From positions 33,887 through 97,886 of the forward strand of contig JAGORV010000001.1 in NCBI GenBank assembly GCA_018062625.1: DNA of 64,000 nt, read 5' to 3'. Made by a program: the position numbers and the translations under genes. Positions within the stretch are counted from its first letter, which is position 1, and every line of letters starts with the position of its first letter. Source of the DNA: Candidatus Woesebacteria bacterium (GTDB lineage: Bacteria > Patescibacteriota > Microgenomatia > UBA10105 > UBA927). Positions 17,812-27,179 of the stretch are shown piece after piece. Under the pieces are notes generated by a model, which worked only from the letters and a program-made list of their open reading frames with translations, made no database searches and was not told where the DNA came from.

Positions 17812-20225
17812 ACGTTGGCTATGTTGGACATAGTGCTAAATACAATAGGACCATTATCCCTTTCTAATGATACAGAATGTAAGTAATCCAAGACGGGGGG
17901 AATTTTCCCAAATTCCCTTTCGTAGAATTGAGGATGCGATACATAGATGAGTGTTTTAGGGTGAGCAAGTGGTGTACCTGTGTATGCGTTTTTAGCTAGG
18001 GCAATGAGTCCTGTGGATGATAACTCGTACGTAGTGAGTGCATTATTCGGAATTTCTAAAAGTCCTTCGCTGGTTGTTGCTTTGTTTTGATCAGAGGTGT
18101 CTAGAGTATATGGTTGTGCATCAACAGGAAGATTCCATGGTGTATTTTGAAAAGCCCCAGAGGTGGGTTTGCTACGTCCTGAACTGTCATAGGCAAATCC
18201 TGCATTTTTTATTATGTCGAGTTGCTGTGCGTCTATATACCAACCTCCTGCGCGAAAGCCCTGTATGTTGGTAAATCCTACATTTGATAACTGATCTTGA
18301 GCAAAATTGAGTATGGTGCGAAATTCGATTGGTGAGTATTCGGTAGTGGGTACGTCATATCCTTCGTTACTTCTTAGACCCCATGCATTGGTTCTCCGTG
18401 GCGTAACTCCTGCAGCTGCAACAAAATCAAACTGCATGTGCATATGCAGTGCAATTTCATCACCGAGCATTTGGCGTTTTTTGAGAAATTTCTGAATTTC
18501 CATTTGTTGTTCCGCTGACATGATATTGGGCATAAACGTACGCGGGTGAACAAAATGCGTGAATGGGATAGGTGCATAAGCAGTTCCTAATTCTTCGATG
18601 TGCGGAAGTGCTTTTTGTGCAGGTTCCCATCCCTCCCAATCCAAGGTCCAGGCGACAAGAAGTGGTTCTGTGACATGGACCTTTATGATGTTCGAGGTGA
18701 TAGGTAATTGTGTGTGTTGTGTTATGCGAACTGAGAGCTCATGTGTACCGATGGGTAATTGTTTGGTCGATATGATAAATACTACAACGTTATTGTTTTG
18801 TGCAATTCCTGAAATGGGTAAAACTTCATTTCCGCCGTACACGGTGAGCGTGTTGGGCGAGATGGTGATCGTTTCGTTCGTTGCGGTGTCAATAACCTGT
18901 GCGGATAATTCTATTTGATTGGTTTTTGGTACATCGTGTGTGTACCATGTGCGATTGGTTGAGATATATATTGTAGAGGTTTTTGGAAGTAGTACCTTTG
19001 TTGCAGCGGAATTTTTTTTGAATACATTGCCATATGGACTCACGGTTTTTGGCAACTGCAAATTCCATGTAATAAAAATGATCATGAGTATGATCAACAC
19101 TATATAGCGTTTGCGTAGCCGCATCGTTCCATGTGTTTGAATGTGCACAGGGAATGATATTTTGTTTGTAAACGCCAATGACGATAGTATGATGGTAACG
19201 AGGATGAGCAATATAAATGCTACCATCACATGCAGTACAGTTCCAAACTGTATGCCAAATATCGCTTGATAGAAGAAGAGAAGTACAAGATGGTGGATGA
19301 GCATGTCGAGGGCGTCGCGACCCATGTATCCCGTTATCTTTTTGATTTTTGGTAATGCATTCAACACCGGTTGCAGCATGAATATACACATACTAAATAA
19401 TAATCCTGAGGTCAGAAATCCTATTGATGGTGGCCATCGGATTAGGGGATCTAAGATAAAGCTATAGGGAAGATTTCCAAATGAGATGCCAAGAAAAACG
19501 ATGATCGATGCTATAGTAATCATGCTCAATTTTTGGCGACTAACGCTGGCTGAATTGTTGTGATCGCTTTGGTATTGCCACCAAACACCTATGATGTATA
19601 TAGGAAGATAGAAGAATAATGGAAATCGAAGTAATGATTCATGACCCGAAACTAATGCTTTTATTCCTACGAGGTAGGTGGGAATATCGAGAGCATAGAG
19701 TGTCCATCCAATTATATATAGCCCCGCACTTATCCCTAAAGTGATCGCAAGAGATGATCGACTTTTTCGATATATTTTTCGAAACAGCAACGACACAAGA
19801 GTTATGAGTATGAATAATGGTAAAAATTCCGTGAAGCTCGGGGGTGATTGGAATGTGATTGCGGCAAATAGTTTTTCTCCGATTTGTTGCAGAGAAAGTG
19901 ACACCGCATTCGAGCCAATTTGCGCGCATACGATTACAACATATGTCACATACAGTATGCCGACTCGTTTAGCAGTAGGCCAAAATAAGTGGCGAGTGGG
20001 TATGTGACTTGTCGTATCGAGCCAGCGAGAGGCAGCGAGTCCAGCGATAAACACAAAAAATGTGAGTACCGTGGTATTAAGAATTCGGGCTAAGCCAACA
20101 AGCGCTACGCTATCTCCATTGTGGAAAAAATATAGTGCATGCGCGAGTAACATTCCTACTACTGCAAGGCCACGTAATTGATCTATGTGATCAGCTCGAT
20201 TGTGAGATGGGGTATGCTCTGTCAT
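17790..20225 (-). CDS. fusion of an acyltransferase-like polytopic domain (DUF1624/HGSNAT-like) with an extracytoplasmic CE4-like deacetylase domain
   Basis: The N-terminus has IDQLRGLAVVGMLLAHA followed by about 10 TM helices. The C-terminus has TLDWEGWE, HMHMQFD and GFRAGGW. The ATG at 20225 is preferred; the ORF track extends to 20276. Confidence 0.5.
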   Translation of the reverse strand: MTEHTPSHNRADHIDQLRGLAVVGMLLAHALYFFHNGDSVALVGLARILNTTVLTFFVFIAGLAASRWLDTTSHIPTRHLFWPTAKRVGILYVTYVVIVCAQIGSNAVSLSLQQIGEKLFAAITFQSPPSFTEFLPLFILITLVSLLFRKIYRKSRSSLAITLGISAGLYIIGWTLYALDIPTYLVGIKALVSGHESLLRFPLFFYLPIYIIGVWWQYQSDHNNSASVSRQKLSMITIASIIVFLGISFGNLPYSFILDPLIRWPPSIGFLTSGLLFSMCIFMLQPVLNALPKIKKITGYMGRDALDMLIHHLVLLFFYQAIFGIQFGTVLHVMVAFILLILVTIILSSLAFTNKISFPVHIQTHGTMRLRKRYIVLIILMIIFITWNLQLPKTVSPYGNVFKKNSAATKVLLPKTSTIYISTNRTWYTHDVPKTNQIELSAQVIDTATNETITISPNTLTVYGGNEVLPISGIAQNNNVVVFIISTKQLPIGTHELSVRITQHTQLPITSNIIKVHVTEPLLVAWTLDWEGWEPAQKALPHIEELGTAYAPIPFTHFVHPRTFMPNIMSAEQQMEIQKFLKKRQMLGDEIALHMHMQFDFVAAAGVTPRRTNAWGLRSNEGYDVPTTEYSPIEFRTILNFAQDQLSNVGFTNIQGFRAGGWYIDAQQLDIIKNAGFAYDSSGRSKPTSGAFQNTPWNLPVDAQPYTLDTSDQNKATTSEGLLEIPNNALTTYELSSTGLIALAKNAYTGTPLAHPKTLIYVSHPQFYEREFGKIPPVLDYLHSVSLERDNGPIVFSTMSNIANVWKAPRF

Positions 20226-20265
20226 GGACACTTTTATTATAGAGGAAAAATGGTATAGTAATCCC

Positions 20266-21096
20266 ATGAAAGACAAATATTCGGCTATTTGGGTGTCTCA
20301 TTCTTCCATGAGTGACTATCTCAAGTGTCCACGAGCGTACTATTTACGCAATGTATACCGTGATCCCAAATCAAATAAAAAAATATCTGTCATGGAACCA
20401 CCGCTGGCTCTTGGACAAGCGGTACACGATGCTATAGAAGGACTGTCGAAGTTGTCTACCGAAGAGCGATTTGCAACCCCTCTTGTCGAGCGCTTTGAAA
20501 AATCATGGGAAAATGTTGCCGGTGAAAAAGGTGGTTTCACATCTGCCGAACAGGAGCAAAAATCCAAAGAGCGTGCACTTTCTATGATTACGAGAGTAGC
20601 GGCACATCCCGGGCCACTATTGAATAAAGCGATTAAAATTCGACAGGATCTGCCGTATTACTGGTTATCAGAAAATGACAATATTATTCTCTGTGGAAAA
20701 GTGGATTGGCTTGAATACCTTGAAGATTCTGATAGTGTGCGCATTATTGATTTCAAAACAGGTAAGTTTGATGAGGACCCAGATTCTTTACAGTTGCCTA
20801 TATATTATTTACTTGCATCTCATACACAGACGAAACCCATAAAAGCGATAAGCTACTGGTATCTCGATCGCGATGACGCACCCACAGATTTACCACTTCC
20901 AGATCCGGTAGAAAGTGAGAAGCGTGTGTTAGAAATCGCGAAAAAAGTTGCATTAGCCAGAAAACTTAGTCATTTTGTATGTCGTGAGGGTGGATGTCGT
21001 GCATGCCGACCATACGAGGCGGTTTTGTCAGGGCAAGCCAAACACATAGGACTTAACGCATTTGGACAAGATCTGTATATCTTAAATCCTTCTTAA
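20266..21096 (+). CDS. PD-(D/E)XK nuclease, Cas4/AddB-like with four-cysteine cluster
   Basis: The N-terminus has LKCPRAYY. The core is GKVDW....IIDFKTGK. The C-terminus is CREGGCRACRPY. An alternative start lies at 20224. Confidence 0.7.
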   Translation: MKDKYSAIWVSHSSMSDYLKCPRAYYLRNVYRDPKSNKKISVMEPPLALGQAVHDAIEGLSKLSTEERFATPLVERFEKSWENVAGEKGGFTSAEQEQKSKERALSMITRVAAHPGPLLNKAIKIRQDLPYYWLSENDNIILCGKVDWLEYLEDSDSVRIIDFKTGKFDEDPDSLQLPIYYLLASHTQTKPIKAISYWYLDRDDAPTDLPLPDPVESEKRVLEIAKKVALARKLSHFVCREGGCRACRPYEAVLSGQAKHIGLNAFGQDLYILNPS

Positions 21097-21097
21097 T

Positions 21098-21928
21098 ATG
21101 AAAATTTTATTAATTGGCGCAAGTGGATATGTAGGTGCCAGATTATATTATGATTTGTCAGGTACCTATTCTGTCATCGGGACATACGCTGCACATAAAT
21201 TGTCAGAAAAGTTTGAATATTTGGATATTACTGATTCGGAGGCAACACAGAATTACATAGTACGTACTCGGCCAGATATCATTATTCATGCCGCGAATCA
21301 GGCAGATCCGCGCTGGTGTGAGGCAAACCCCCAAAAAGCAGTGTTACTCAATCAGATGGCTACGACATATCTTGTTGATGCAGCAAATAGTGTACATGCA
21401 AGATTTATTTATATCTCATCATTTGCTGCGTATAAACCCGTTGGGATTTATGCAGAAACAAAGGTTGAATCAGAAAAAACAACTCGCAATGTTAAGGCTG
21501 GATACCTCATTATTCGTCCGGCATATATATTGGGGTACAGTCCAAATACTACAAATGATCGCGCATTTAACCGATTATTGAAAAATCTAGATAAAGGAAC
21601 ACCTGCGATCTACGATACGTCATGGAAAGTGCAGCCTACGTATATAAGAAATATTTCTGAAGTTATCAGTCTCTGTATCAAGCGTGGAATTTGGAATGAT
21701 ATTATTCCGATAACAGCTGATACGCCCATATCTCGTTTTGAAGCTGCGCGGGATATACTCGCGCCCTTTGGTGTAGCAGTGTCACCGATTGATAATCATG
21801 ACACTACACCAGCTATACATATAGATCAATCAAAGCTTCTGGAATACGACTTTCCAATATACACTTATGCACAAATGATTGATGCTATTATTGATGAAAT
21901 CAAACAGAGGCATAAATTTACATTATGA
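21098..21928 (+). CDS. SDR-family NAD-dependent sugar-nucleotide reductase/epimerase (RmlD-like)
   Basis: MKILLIGASGYVGARL Rossmann motif, 276 aa. Confidence 0.65.
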   Translation: MKILLIGASGYVGARLYYDLSGTYSVIGTYAAHKLSEKFEYLDITDSEATQNYIVRTRPDIIIHAANQADPRWCEANPQKAVLLNQMATTYLVDAANSVHARFIYISSFAAYKPVGIYAETKVESEKTTRNVKAGYLIIRPAYILGYSPNTTNDRAFNRLLKNLDKGTPAIYDTSWKVQPTYIRNISEVISLCIKRGIWNDIIPITADTPISRFEAARDILAPFGVAVSPIDNHDTTPAIHIDQSKLLEYDFPIYTYAQMIDAIIDEIKQRHKFTL

Positions 21929-22161
21929 AACCGAAATCGGCTATAAAAATTCCTGATATTAAGTCTGGACTGTATCGGCATTTCAAAGGTGGGGAATACG
22001 AAGTTATAGGGCTGGCACTCCATAGTGAAACACTAGAAGTGATGGTGGTGTATAAAGCATTATATGGACAGGGACTTACATGGGTACGTCCTCGAGCCAT
22101 GTTTTTGGAAACAGTCATGCATGAAGGGAAAGAAGTACCAAGATTTACGTTTGTAAAATAG
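21925..22161 (+). CDS. DUF1653 domain protein
   Basis: YRHFKGGEYEVIGLALHSETLEVMVVYKALYG is the DUF1653 signature. Confidence 0.75.
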   Translation: MKPKSAIKIPDIKSGLYRHFKGGEYEVIGLALHSETLEVMVVYKALYGQGLTWVRPRAMFLETVMHEGKEVPRFTFVK

Positions 22162-22164
22162 TTT

Positions 22165-22494
22165 ATGGATTTCAACACCTATCAAAAATCAATTAGAAAA
22201 ACTGCTATTTACCCCCATCAAGGAGATAATCTGGCATATCCAGCACTTGGCCTGACAGGAGAAGCTGGTGAAGTCGCAGACAAAGTAAAGAAGCTTATTC
22301 GTGATGCTGGTGGAGTACTGTCTGCTGATCGACGTGAGGAAATGATAAAAGAATTAGGTGATGTGTTATGGTATTTGTCGGCCCTTGCCACAGAGCTAAA
22401 AGTGGATTTGGATGAGGTTGCGCAAAAAAATATAGCAAAAGTGGTAGATCGTAAATTTCGTGGAGTAACTTCTGGTGAAGGTGATAATCGATAA
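22165..22494 (+). CDS. MazG-like nucleotide pyrophosphohydrolase
   Basis: GLTGEAGEVADKVKK and ELGDVLWYL match the all-alpha MazG EExxE/D pattern. Confidence 0.75.
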   Translation: MDFNTYQKSIRKTAIYPHQGDNLAYPALGLTGEAGEVADKVKKLIRDAGGVLSADRREEMIKELGDVLWYLSALATELKVDLDEVAQKNIAKVVDRKFRGVTSGEGDNR

Positions 22495-22535
22495 ATTTTG
22501 TATTTATATACGCTTCGTGTGGTAAAATAGAACTA

Positions 22536-22880
22536 ATGTTAGCACTTCTTCTTTTTGTAGGGTTCGGGTTACTGTTTGGTTATTTTGCAACCCTAAATAC
22601 AGCACTGGTGAGTATAAATTTTGGTTTGGGATCTCTGCAGCAAATTCCCATGTATGTGCTCGTTCTGGTGGCCCTTGCGGTAGGAATGTTGTTCGCGACA
22701 ATCTTTTATATTATAAAGTTATTTTCGTATCAGCTTTCATCAAATAGATTGGCCAAAGAATTAGCAGAAGCAAAAAAAGAAATTGTAGAGCTAACAAAAG
22801 CGAATCATAAATTAGAATTAGCAAACACTAAGCTCGCCACGGCAAATGGCGAAGATCCAGTCGATCCCGATTCGATATGA
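22536..22880 (+). CDS. LapA-domain (DUF1049) membrane protein
   Basis: Two TM helices followed by a coiled-coil tail. 114 aa. Confidence 0.55.
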   Translation: MLALLLFVGFGLLFGYFATLNTALVSINFGLGSLQQIPMYVLVLVALAVGMLFATIFYIIKLFSYQLSSNRLAKELAEAKKEIVELTKANHKLELANTKLATANGEDPVDPDSI

Positions 22881-23356
22881 CGCCGATTCTTCTAAAAATT
22901 TGGAAACTCCTTCAGTTACCGAAATCATGGCAATTATGGTTTATGCGACGGTTTGAGGATCAATTTTTGGTAGGAGTCACTGGAATCATCTTCAACGAAA
23001 AAAATGAGATTCTTTGTTTCCGTAATACATATCGAGCAATACCGTGGGGTTTGCCCGGTGGATACATCAAGTCGAAAGAACATCCGAAAGAAGCGTTAGA
23101 GCGAGAGATTATGGAAGAATCGGGTATGACGGTGAGTGCTGATGAGCGACATAAGATACGCACCGATCGCGAGACCGCTCGGTTAGACATTGTGTATGTA
23201 GGAACGTACATAGGAGGTGATTTTCGCCCATCTGCCGAAATAATCGATGCGAAGTTTTATCCTTTTGATGCTTTACCCAAAATGCGAAAGAATGACCTCC
23301 TTCTTATAGAGCGAGCTATAGAAGCGAGATCTGAGACAGAGATAGCCGTCATATAA
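22877..23356 (+). CDS. NUDIX hydrolase
   Basis: The Nudix box GLPGGYIKSKEHPKEALEREIMEESG matches GX5EX7REUXEEXGU. Confidence 0.8.
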   Translation: MTPILLKIWKLLQLPKSWQLWFMRRFEDQFLVGVTGIIFNEKNEILCFRNTYRAIPWGLPGGYIKSKEHPKEALEREIMEESGMTVSADERHKIRTDRETARLDIVYVGTYIGGDFRPSAEIIDAKFYPFDALPKMRKNDLLLIERAIEARSETEIAVI

Positions 23357-23358
23357 AT

Positions 23359-23380
23359 ACACCCAGTCGAAACTGGGTGT
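23359..23380. terminator. hairpin between convergent genes
   Basis: ACACCCAGT-cgaa-ACTGGGTGT is a perfect 9-bp stem. The flanking U tracts are weak. Confidence 0.4.
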
Positions 23381-23405
23381 ACTCTTAGTAAGTTTTTCTC
23401 TTTAT

Positions 23406-23876
23406 TTATTTTGCTTCTGCAGCTTTTGTGCTTTGCGTTGGTGTAGTTCCCATCATGCGCATAGTTTGTGGATTAAGTTGTATAGATTGCGCGGTGACTG
23501 ATCCATCAGAATTTTCTGTGCCAAACACTGCAACCTGTGTGTCTTCTACTAAATCAGTTAGTGCGCCGTTGGATGCTTTGTTTATTTGTGTTTTATCGTT
23601 TAATAGCACAATTTTAGTGCTACCATCGGCAAGTTTTACTGTCATAGATGTTGCATCTATGCTGACAATCTGTCCTGCAGTTGGGCGAAAACCTCGGTTG
23701 TTACCATTATTTTGGCGACCCATTTGTGCGCCAAATGTTCGAAATGCCGCACCTTTGGATTGCTGATACTTCATGCCTGCAAAAAATCCGCCACTGGCCA
23801 TGGCAACTGCGACGATAAGCAACGTTAATAACGTGTTTTGTTTCATATTTTCACCTCCTTTCGTTCTCCATAGCAT
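23406..23876 (-). CDS. secreted DUF5666-like protein
   Basis: Signal/TM helix, then VSIDATSMTVKLADGSTKIVLLNDKTQI and GSVTAQSIQLNP. Confidence 0.5.
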   Translation of the reverse strand: MLWRTKGGENMKQNTLLTLLIVAVAMASGGFFAGMKYQQSKGAAFRTFGAQMGRQNNGNNRGFRPTAGQIVSIDATSMTVKLADGSTKIVLLNDKTQINKASNGALTDLVEDTQVAVFGTENSDGSVTAQSIQLNPQTMRMMGTTPTQSTKAAEAK

Positions 23877-23896
23877 TACGCGTAGGAGGATTACAT

Positions 23897-25120
23897 TTAT
23901 TCAAATCGTAATGCTTCTATAGGTTGGAGCTCAGCAGCTTTTCGTGCGGGATACCATCCAAACAATACGCCAATTCCTCCGGATACTATAAAAGCTAAAA
24001 ATATAGATGAGGTTGATATAACAAATGGAAAATTCATGATTTTTGCGATAGAAAATGAAGCAAGTACTCCAAGTAATACACCGATAACTCCTCCGGTCAC
24101 AGTCAGAATAATAGATTCAGTCAGAAATTGAGTGGTAATAATTTTTTTGGTAGCTCCTAGTGCTTTTCGCAATCCTATTTCTCGGGTACGTTCCGTGACG
24201 GTGACCAACATGATATTCATGATCCCTATTCCTCCAACGAGGAGGGAAATCGCAGCGATTCCCGATAAGAGTGAGGTGAATGTTCCCGTGGTAGCAGATG
24301 CGGTGTTTAAAATATCTTGTTGAGAAAAAATAGAAAAATCAGCCTGTGCGGGATCGTTAAATTTATGTCGGGCGAGAAGTAAATATCCGACTTCGTTTTG
24401 TGCTGCGGTCATAACGTCTGAGCTTTTTGCCTCGAGTGCAATAGTGCTTACATTAGACATACCAAAGATTTGCTTTTGTGCTGTGGAGAGCGGAACGTAG
24501 ATTACATCATCTTGATTTTGAAATCCCGATCCACCTTTAGCAGTCGTAGTGCCTACTACAGTAAATGATTTTCCATTTATGCGTATAGTTTGTCCTATAG
24601 GGGAGACATTTTCTCCAAATAGATCTGTTGCCGCCTGTGGTCCAAGAACTGCAATATTTGCCATAGTGCTTTGATCTTGTTCGGTGATAAATACTCCGTT
24701 TTCCATATTCACTTTATGAACTTCTGCATACACTGCAGTGGCACCTATTATTTGCGTGTTGGTGTTGGAAGATCCAGTGGTCACTTGAGATCTTCGGGAT
24801 ATTTCGGGCGAAACATTTTTTATCGTAGTAATTTGTGAAGATGTTTGGATAGCCTTGGCATCATCGAGGGTGAGTGTAGTTCCTCCACCAATAGCTCCTT
24901 GTACACCTCCGCTTCGGGCTGCTGCTGGCATAACTGTCAAAAGATTTGCGCCAAGTGACTGTATTTGATTTTGTACCGATTGTTGTGTAGCCTGACCCAA
25001 AGATACCAATGCAATAACGCTTCCAATACCGATCACAATACCTAAGATTGCAAGTCCTGTGCGAAGCTTGTTTGTGGTGAGTGTCGCAAAACTTTCTATG
25101 ATGAGTTCACGTGTTTCCAT
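23897..25120 (-). CDS. ABC transporter permease, MacB/FtsX family
   Basis: MacB_PCD-like periplasmic domain plus the FtsX C-terminus (REIGLRKALGA). I prefer the ATG at 25120 (METRELI..), 1 nt after the upstream stop. Confidence 0.85.
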   Translation of the reverse strand: METRELIIESFATLTTNKLRTGLAILGIVIGIGSVIALVSLGQATQQSVQNQIQSLGANLLTVMPAAARSGGVQGAIGGGTTLTLDDAKAIQTSSQITTIKNVSPEISRRSQVTTGSSNTNTQIIGATAVYAEVHKVNMENGVFITEQDQSTMANIAVLGPQAATDLFGENVSPIGQTIRINGKSFTVVGTTTAKGGSGFQNQDDVIYVPLSTAQKQIFGMSNVSTIALEAKSSDVMTAAQNEVGYLLLARHKFNDPAQADFSIFSQQDILNTASATTGTFTSLLSGIAAISLLVGGIGIMNIMLVTVTERTREIGLRKALGATKKIITTQFLTESIILTVTGGVIGVLLGVLASFSIAKIMNFPFVISTSSIFLAFIVSGGIGVLFGWYPARKAAELQPIEALRFE

Positions 25121-25121
25121 A

Positions 25122-25835
25122 TTAGATGGCTTTCCGCTGTTTATGCTTTGTACTGTCTTGGGTGATTTTTCCGTCTCGTACATGAATGATGCGTTTGGCG
25201 TGTTCTGCAATATCTGGTTCATGGGTGATCATCACTATCGTGTGGCCTTCAGCGTTGAGTTTTTGGAAGATCGTCATGATTTCTTCGGCCTGCGCAGATG
25301 CTATGTTTCCTGTAGGTTCGTCTGCTAGAAGGATGGCGGGATTTAAAACGAGAGAACGAGCTATCGCTACTCGTTGCTGTTGACCTCCAGATAATTGATT
25401 TGATGTGTGATGCATGCGATCTGCGAGTCCCACCAAGGTGAGATATTTTTTTGCGGTTTGTTCGCGGATTTCTTTTGGAATTCCTGCGTACATCATGGGA
25501 ACCATAACGTTTTTCAGCGCAGTGGTTCTTGGGAGTAGGTTGTATGCTTGGAAAATAAATCCTATTTTGCGGTTTCGAATATTTGCCAGTTCATCATCTG
25601 ATAATTTTTCGACATTTTCTCCATCGAGAATATATTGTCCGCTGGTCGGCAGATCTAGCGCGCCGAGGATGTGCATGAGTGTAGATTTACCACTTCCAGA
25701 TGGTCCCATGATGGCGACAAATTCGCCCTTGTGTATCTTGAATGAAATATCTTCGAGCGCGATAGTTTCGAGAATATCCGTTTTATACACCTTGCGAATA
25801 TTGGAAATTTGAATGATTGGCTCAACGGTGGCCAT
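25122..25835 (-). CDS. ABC transporter ATP-binding protein (MacB/LolD-type)
   Basis: Walker A GPSGSGKST, signature LSGGQQQR, Walker B LLADEPT. Confidence 0.9.
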   Translation of the reverse strand: MATVEPIIQISNIRKVYKTDILETIALEDISFKIHKGEFVAIMGPSGSGKSTLMHILGALDLPTSGQYILDGENVEKLSDDELANIRNRKIGFIFQAYNLLPRTTALKNVMVPMMYAGIPKEIREQTAKKYLTLVGLADRMHHTSNQLSGGQQQRVAIARSLVLNPAILLADEPTGNIASAQAEEIMTIFQKLNAEGHTIVMITHEPDIAEHAKRIIHVRDGKITQDSTKHKQRKAI

Positions 25836-25839
25836 GAGT

Positions 25840-27150
25840 TTATCTTCCTCCAGTTCTTACAAAAGTAGCGCTCCCGCCACTTCTTCCTCCGATTGCACTG
25901 AATGGAGAAGTGGTGGTGGATGCTTTTGTTGTGGGTGTTATGACGCTAGTCACCACTATGTCTCCCTCAGCAATACCAGACACTATTTCTGTAGAGATGT
26001 CGTTTGTTATACCTGTTTCTATAGCGACTGTAGTCATTTTACCTTGCTTCATGATACGAATTGATTTCTCACCATTTGTAGTCACCACCGCAGCATTTGG
26101 CACCAACACAACATCGTTTTTAACGACAGTAATAATTTTGGCGTCTGCAGCCATGTTTGGTAACACGCCATCAACTGCTGTATCAAAAGCTATGTAGGCT
26201 GGATAGGTGGTTACTCCTGAGCTCACTGAGCCAGTTGTATCTATGCTTACAATTTTTCCTGCAAATGTTTTATCGGCAAATGCACTGAGCGTCACGGTTG
26301 CTTTGTTTCCGATGGTTACTTTTGAGACATCTATCTCTGAAAGATTTACAGTGACCATAGGATTTGCTGAAGTTTTTATATTGGCAATGCGTTGTGAAGT
26401 AGAGTTTCCAGAGGAGCCAGTTTGCGCAGTGAGAACAGAACCTATTTGCAACGAAAGTCCTGAAAGAGTTCCCGAGATAGGTGCAAAAATGGTGGGCGAT
26501 GCCTGTTGATAAGATGCCCATGCACTATTTAGCGACGTCTGCGCCTGTAAGACTACATTCTTTTGGGTTTTATATTTTGCTTCAGCCTGCAACCAGTCAT
26601 TATTGGTTGTAATAAACGGAATTTGCTCTCTTTGCTGAGTGTTTGGTGATCCGTCGTCATTAGAATACGTTCCATTTTCTGCCAAATCCATATAGGATTT
26701 CCAATTTGTTAAAAGTTCAGATTGTAGTGCGTAGTAAGCGGTGTTGGCGTTTTCTAGAGAATTTTTTGCAGAAAGATAACTTGCATAGCTTTGGGCTGAT
26801 CTCTGTTTTCCTTCCATATCAAGCTCAACTTCTGCTATAGCATCGCCTGATTTAACCTGTTGCCCATTTTGTACAAATATTTTGGACACGACACCAGATG
26901 TTTGTGTGGTAACGGTTGCGCTATTTGCACTGGAGACTTGTCCAGATGCGCTGACAGACACAACGAGCGTCCCTTGTTCTGCGGTCGCAGTTTGATATTG
27001 TGTTTTGGTAGATGTTGACGTTGCTTTGGTATACCCAAAATAACCAATACCGAGGATTAAAACTCCAATGACTAGTTTGGTAATCAATGTTTGGGAGACA
27101 AACCAATTTTTTATTTTGAGTCCAAATTCAACGGGTTGTGTTTTTGTCAT
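25840..27150 (-). CDS. HlyD/MacA-family periplasmic adaptor subunit
   Basis: N-terminal TM helix, a lipoyl-like hairpin (VKSGDAIAEVE), a coiled-coil hairpin and beta-barrel domains. Confidence 0.75.
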   Translation of the reverse strand: MTKTQPVEFGLKIKNWFVSQTLITKLVIGVLILGIGYFGYTKATSTSTKTQYQTATAEQGTLVVSVSASGQVSSANSATVTTQTSGVVSKIFVQNGQQVKSGDAIAEVELDMEGKQRSAQSYASYLSAKNSLENANTAYYALQSELLTNWKSYMDLAENGTYSNDDGSPNTQQREQIPFITTNNDWLQAEAKYKTQKNVVLQAQTSLNSAWASYQQASPTIFAPISGTLSGLSLQIGSVLTAQTGSSGNSTSQRIANIKTSANPMVTVNLSEIDVSKVTIGNKATVTLSAFADKTFAGKIVSIDTTGSVSSGVTTYPAYIAFDTAVDGVLPNMAADAKIITVVKNDVVLVPNAAVVTTNGEKSIRIMKQGKMTTVAIETGITNDISTEIVSGIAEGDIVVTSVITPTTKASTTTSPFSAIGGRSGGSATFVRTGGR

Positions 27151-27179
27151 AGCATGAGTGTAAGCGATGCTTCTGAATT

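Noticed and set aside
18889-19389. A 166-aa alternative-frame ORF on the same strand inside the 828-aa fusion gene.
   Set aside because: It is fully nested out of frame in a gene whose main frame encodes a coherent TM-helix pattern. Nothing supports dual coding.
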